A model generated the notes under the pieces. It was not told where the DNA came from and did no database searches. It worked only from the letters and a program-made list of their open reading frames with translations. Both the position numbers and the translations under genes were made by a program. 64,000 bases of DNA from a bacterium (GTDB lineage Bacteria; UBA8248; JACPRG01; G963555815), in contig CBDHDG010000006.1 of assembly GCA_965261595.1 (NCBI GenBank), positions 928,001 through 992,000 of the forward strand. The letters are read 5' to 3'. This document shows positions 60,771-64,000 of this stretch, in pieces; position 1 is the stretch's first letter, and each line of letters starts with the position of its first letter.

Positions 60771-61204
60771 CTTCCAAGATCCCGTATGCGTTCGTCGGTT
60801 CTTCCCGCTATCGAGGAGCCCGGCCGCTTTGAGGTTTATCGATGCGGGTTCAGGGATTTCCTCTCCGCCCACATCAATCAAACACGCGGCGCGGCACGGG
60901 GGCATAACCCTCGCGGGACTCTCCGCACAGATTACGGACTTCCTCGATTTTTCCTTATCATGGCCATCATGCAGGGACATGTCCCCAAACGTCAAATGGT
61001 TCCGATGCGTTCAATCCATGCGTCTTTTCTCTCGGGCAAGGGTCGGCAAAACGCCGCCGGCCGAATTCAGGCGACAGGAGGGAGCGTTTCGTAGTAGAAT
61101 CCCGCTCGACCCTCAGCGCAGACGGAACACCCAATGCGGCGCCCCGGGTGGCGCGCCGTCCGGGAATTTGCGGAATCGGCCCGGAAAGCCTTCAGGAGGA
61201 TGGA

Positions 61205-63160
61205 ATGGATCTATCAGGAATCGATACCGTCTTGAAGGAGGGGCGGACGTTTGAGCCGCCCAAGGGATTCGCTGAAAACGCCCATATCAAATCCATCGAG
61301 GAATACCGAAAGCTCCATGACGAGGCCGTCAACTCCCCCGAGACGTTCTGGGGCCGATACGCGGAAGAGCTTCACTGGTTCAAGAAGTGGGACAAGGTTC
61401 TGGAATGGGAAGAGCCTTTTGCGAAGTGGTTCGTCGGGGGGCAAACCAACATTTCCTACAACTGCCTGGACCGGCACCTGGACACCCACCGCCGGGACAA
61501 GCCCGCCCTCATCTGGGAGGGCGAGCCGGGCGACAGCCGCACCCTCACCTACGCCGAGCTTCACAAAGAGGTCTGCAAATTCGCCAACGCCCTCAAGGGG
61601 TTGGGCATCGGGAAGGGCGACCGCGTCTGCATCTACATGCCCCAGACGCCGGAATCCGCCATCGCCATGCTGGCCTGCGCCCGCATCGGCGCGCCCCACA
61701 CCGTCGTCTTCGCCGGCTTCAGCGCCCCCTCTCTGCGAGACCGCATCAACGACGCCGAGGCCAAGGCCGTCCTCACGGCGGACGCCGGCTGGCGGCGCGG
61801 AAAAGAGGTGCCCCTGAAGGCGAACACCGACAACGCGGTCAAGGACTGCCCCTGCGTGGAGCACGTCGTCGTCCTCAAGCGCGTCGGGAACGACATCGAT
61901 TTTCAACCGGGCCGGGACCACTGGTACCACGACCTGATGGAATCCGCCTCGGAATACTGCCCCGCCGAGCCGCTCGACTCCGAGCATCCCCTCTACATCC
62001 TCTACACCAGCGGGACGACCGGAAAGCCCAAGGGCATCCTCCACACCACGGGCGGCTACATGGTGGGGACGTACCTCACGTGCAAGTGGGTCTTCGACCT
62101 CAAGGACGAGGACGTTTACTGGTGCACGGCGGACATCGGCTGGGTGACCGGGCACAGCTACATCGTGTACGGCCCCCTCGCCAACGGCGCGACGAGCGTC
62201 ATGTACGAGGGCGCGCCCAACCACCCGGACCCGGGCCGGTTCTGGGCCATCGTCGAGAAATTCAAGGTCAACACCTTCTACACCGCCCCCACGGCCATCC
62301 GCGCCTTCATCAAATGGGGCGACGAGTGGCCGGGCAAGCACGACCTCTCAAGCCTGCGCCTCCTGGGAACGGTGGGCGAGCCCATCAACCCGGAGGTCTG
62401 GATCTGGTACCGCAAGACCATCGGCGCCGACCGCTGTCCCATCGTGGACACTTGGTGGCAGACCGAAACCGGGATGATCCTGATCACGCCCCTTCCGGGC
62501 GCGACGACCACAAAGCCCGGCTCGGCCACCCTGCCCTTCCCGGGCGTCGTGCCGGACATCGTGACGAAGGGCGGGAAATCGGTGGGGCCGGAGGGGGGCG
62601 GGCTCCTGGTCCTCAAGCGGCCCTGGCCCGCGATGCTGCGCACCATTTACGGCGACCCGGAGCGCTACAAGGAAACGTACTGGTCGGACATCCCCGGCGC
62701 CTACTTCACGGGGGACGGCGCCCGGCGCGACAAAGACGGATATTTCTGGATCATGGGCCGGGTGGACGATGTCATCAACATCTCCGGCCACCGCCTGGGC
62801 ACGATGGAGGTAGAAAGCGCCCTGGTCTCGCACCCCGACGTCGCCGAAGCCGCCGTCGTCGGCATCCCGCACGAGCTGAAGGGGCAGGGCATCGCCGGCT
62901 TCATCACCCTTCAGGGCAGCAAAGAACAGTCGAAAGAGTTGGAAGCGCGGCTCCGCGAGCATGTGGTCCAGGAAATCGGCGCCATCGCCCGACCGGACCA
63001 ACTCCGTTTCACCGACGCCCTTCCCAAGACCCGGAGCGGGAAGATCATGCGGCGGCTTTTGCGCGACATCGCCTCCGGAAAACCGGAGCTTGGGGACACG
63101 ACGACCCTGGAAGACATCTCTGTCCTTCAATCCCTTCGGGGGTACGAGGACGAGGGATAG
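61205..63160 (+). CDS. acs: Acetyl-CoA synthetase
   Basis: [20 protein letters not shown] and [11 protein letters not shown] motifs. Confidence 0.96.
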   Translation: MDLSGIDTVLKEGRTFEPPKGFAENAHIKSIEEYRKLHDEAVNSPETFWGRYAEELHWFKKWDKVLEWEEPFAKWFVGGQTNISYNCLDRHLDTHRRDKPALIWEGEPGDSRTLTYAELHKEVCKFANALKGLGIGKGDRVCIYMPQTPESAIAMLACARIGAPHTVVFAGFSAPSLRDRINDAEAKAVLTADAGWRRGKEVPLKANTDNAVKDCPCVEHVVVLKRVGNDIDFQPGRDHWYHDLMESASEYCPAEPLDSEHPLYILYTSGTTGKPKGILHTTGGYMVGTYLTCKWVFDLKDEDVYWCTADIGWVTGHSYIVYGPLANGATSVMYEGAPNHPDPGRFWAIVEKFKVNTFYTAPTAIRAFIKWGDEWPGKHDLSSLRLLGTVGEPINPEVWIWYRKTIGADRCPIVDTWWQTETGMILITPLPGATTTKPGSATLPFPGVVPDIVTKGGKSVGPEGGGLLVLKRPWPAMLRTIYGDPERYKETYWSDIPGAYFTGDGARRDKDGYFWIMGRVDDVINISGHRLGTMEVESALVSHPDVAEAAVVGIPHELKGQGIAGFITLQGSKEQSKELEARLREHVVQEIGAIARPDQLRFTDALPKTRSGKIMRRLLRDIASGKPELGDTTTLEDISVLQSLRGYEDEG

Positions 63161-63175
63161 TCGGCGGGCCGGGGT

Positions 63176-63559
63176 TCAGGCCCGCTCCAGGGTGACGGGC
63201 GCTCCGTCGGGGACGCGGGTGAAGCGGGCGGCGTCTCCCTCGACAAATCCGATGGGGTTCACGTCGCTTGCGGCGCGGGGCGCGTTGCCCCCGCCGGCGG
63301 GCGTCGGTCCGAAGAAGATGCAAAACGCCGAGCCGGGGGGCCAGTAGGCGATCTCCCCCACGGCCATTTCGACCCGGGCGTCTGCTTCGGCGGGGCATTC
63401 AACGGGGATGGAGAAGTAGATCTCCTCCCCCCAGCGGTTGGCGGTCCCTTGGATGGGCAGGGCGTCCCAGATTCGATCGGCCGTGGGACCATCGTTCAGG
63501 CCGGCCCGCGCTTCCACGTCGCCCGCCAGGATGCGGATTCGCCGCCCGGTTTCGGTCAT
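63176..63559 (-). CDS. Cyclophilin-like fold protein (DUF369-like)
   Basis: WGEEIYF and GEIAYWPPGSAFCIFFGPTP motifs. Confidence 0.85.
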   Translation of the reverse strand: MTETGRRIRILAGDVEARAGLNDGPTADRIWDALPIQGTANRWGEEIYFSIPVECPAEADARVEMAVGEIAYWPPGSAFCIFFGPTPAGGGNAPRAASDVNPIGFVEGDAARFTRVPDGAPVTLERA

Positions 63560-63697
63560 GTCGGCGCGCTCCTCACACCGTTGCGCCGATCATCCGGACC
63601 GGCGCGCGGGAAAAGGCGGTTGACAACGACGGTTCCGCCGATAACATAAACGGCGAATTTCCGCGGGTTCAGGACAAAACAGGCGATCACGAATCCT

Positions 63698-64000
63698 ATG
63701 GTATCGTCCTCCTCATCGACGAGCAAGACAGAGGTGTCCTATGCGGAGGCCCTGGAGCATCTTCAGGGCGATCTGAACGCGGTGGAGGAGGCCCTCACCA
63801 CCCACCTGAATTCCGACGTGCCGTTGATCCCCTCTATCGGCCACTACCTGGCCCGCGGGGGCGGTAAGCGCATCCGCCCCACCCTGGTGCTGCTGTCCTC
63901 CAAGCTGTGCGGTTACGAGGGGGACCGGTGCATCACCAATTCCTGTCTGGTTGAATTCATCCATACGGCGACGCTGTTGCACGACGACGTCGTGGACGCT
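63698..64000 (+). CDS. Polyprenyl diphosphate synthase (IspB-like), truncated by the window end
   Basis: GGKRIRP and EFIHTATLLHDDVVD motifs. Confidence 0.9.
   Translation, partial: MVSSSSSTSKTEVSYAEALEHLQGDLNAVEEALTTHLNSDVPLIPSIGHYLARGGGKRIRPTLVLLSSKLCGYEGDRCITNSCLVEFIHTATLLHDDVVDA

Noticed and set aside
1..64000. tRNA (including selC), rRNA, CRISPR arrays, sel genes
   Set aside because: None recognised in this window; Sec machinery would have to be elsewhere in the genome.

Overview
GC-rich bacterial chromosomal window; the taxon cannot be determined from the sequence alone. Most of it is ordinary metabolic and housekeeping DNA: nagA, D-aminoacylase, Mn/Fe-SOD, a liv-type ABC transporter, S4-surA-mfd-aroE-rodZ, a DinG-family helicase, purH, acs and a partial polyprenyl synthetase. 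The standout is a ~6.9 kb operon (44274-51150) behind a MerR-type promoter. It encodes MerE, MerT, MerP, MerF, a glutathione-reductase-like flavoenzyme instead of a canonical MerA, and MerR. It also hides several apparent selenoprotein genes that the ORF track splits at in-frame stops located exactly at redox/metal-binding Cys positions: a glutaredoxin (U-A-S-C), a MerP with both HMA cysteines as TGA (GMT-U-G-A-U), a stand-alone HMA protein (GMT-U-P-K-C) and a thioredoxin-fold protein with TAA at the same position (SPT-*-P-V-C). Bacterial-SECIS-like hairpins start ~15 nt after three of these sites; the HMA hairpin is weak. Also found: a 958-bp transposase-less IS1595-like cassette (37-bp TIRs, 8-bp TSD) interrupting a DUF4412-like gene, an IS3 element with no target duplication, a c-di-GMP-I-type riboswitch before an unknown small ORF, four TetR-type operator boxes, REP-containing MITEs and a hidden cytochrome c'. 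About ten single-base frameshifts, mostly in homopolymers, suggest consensus errors, so pseudogene calls are provisional.
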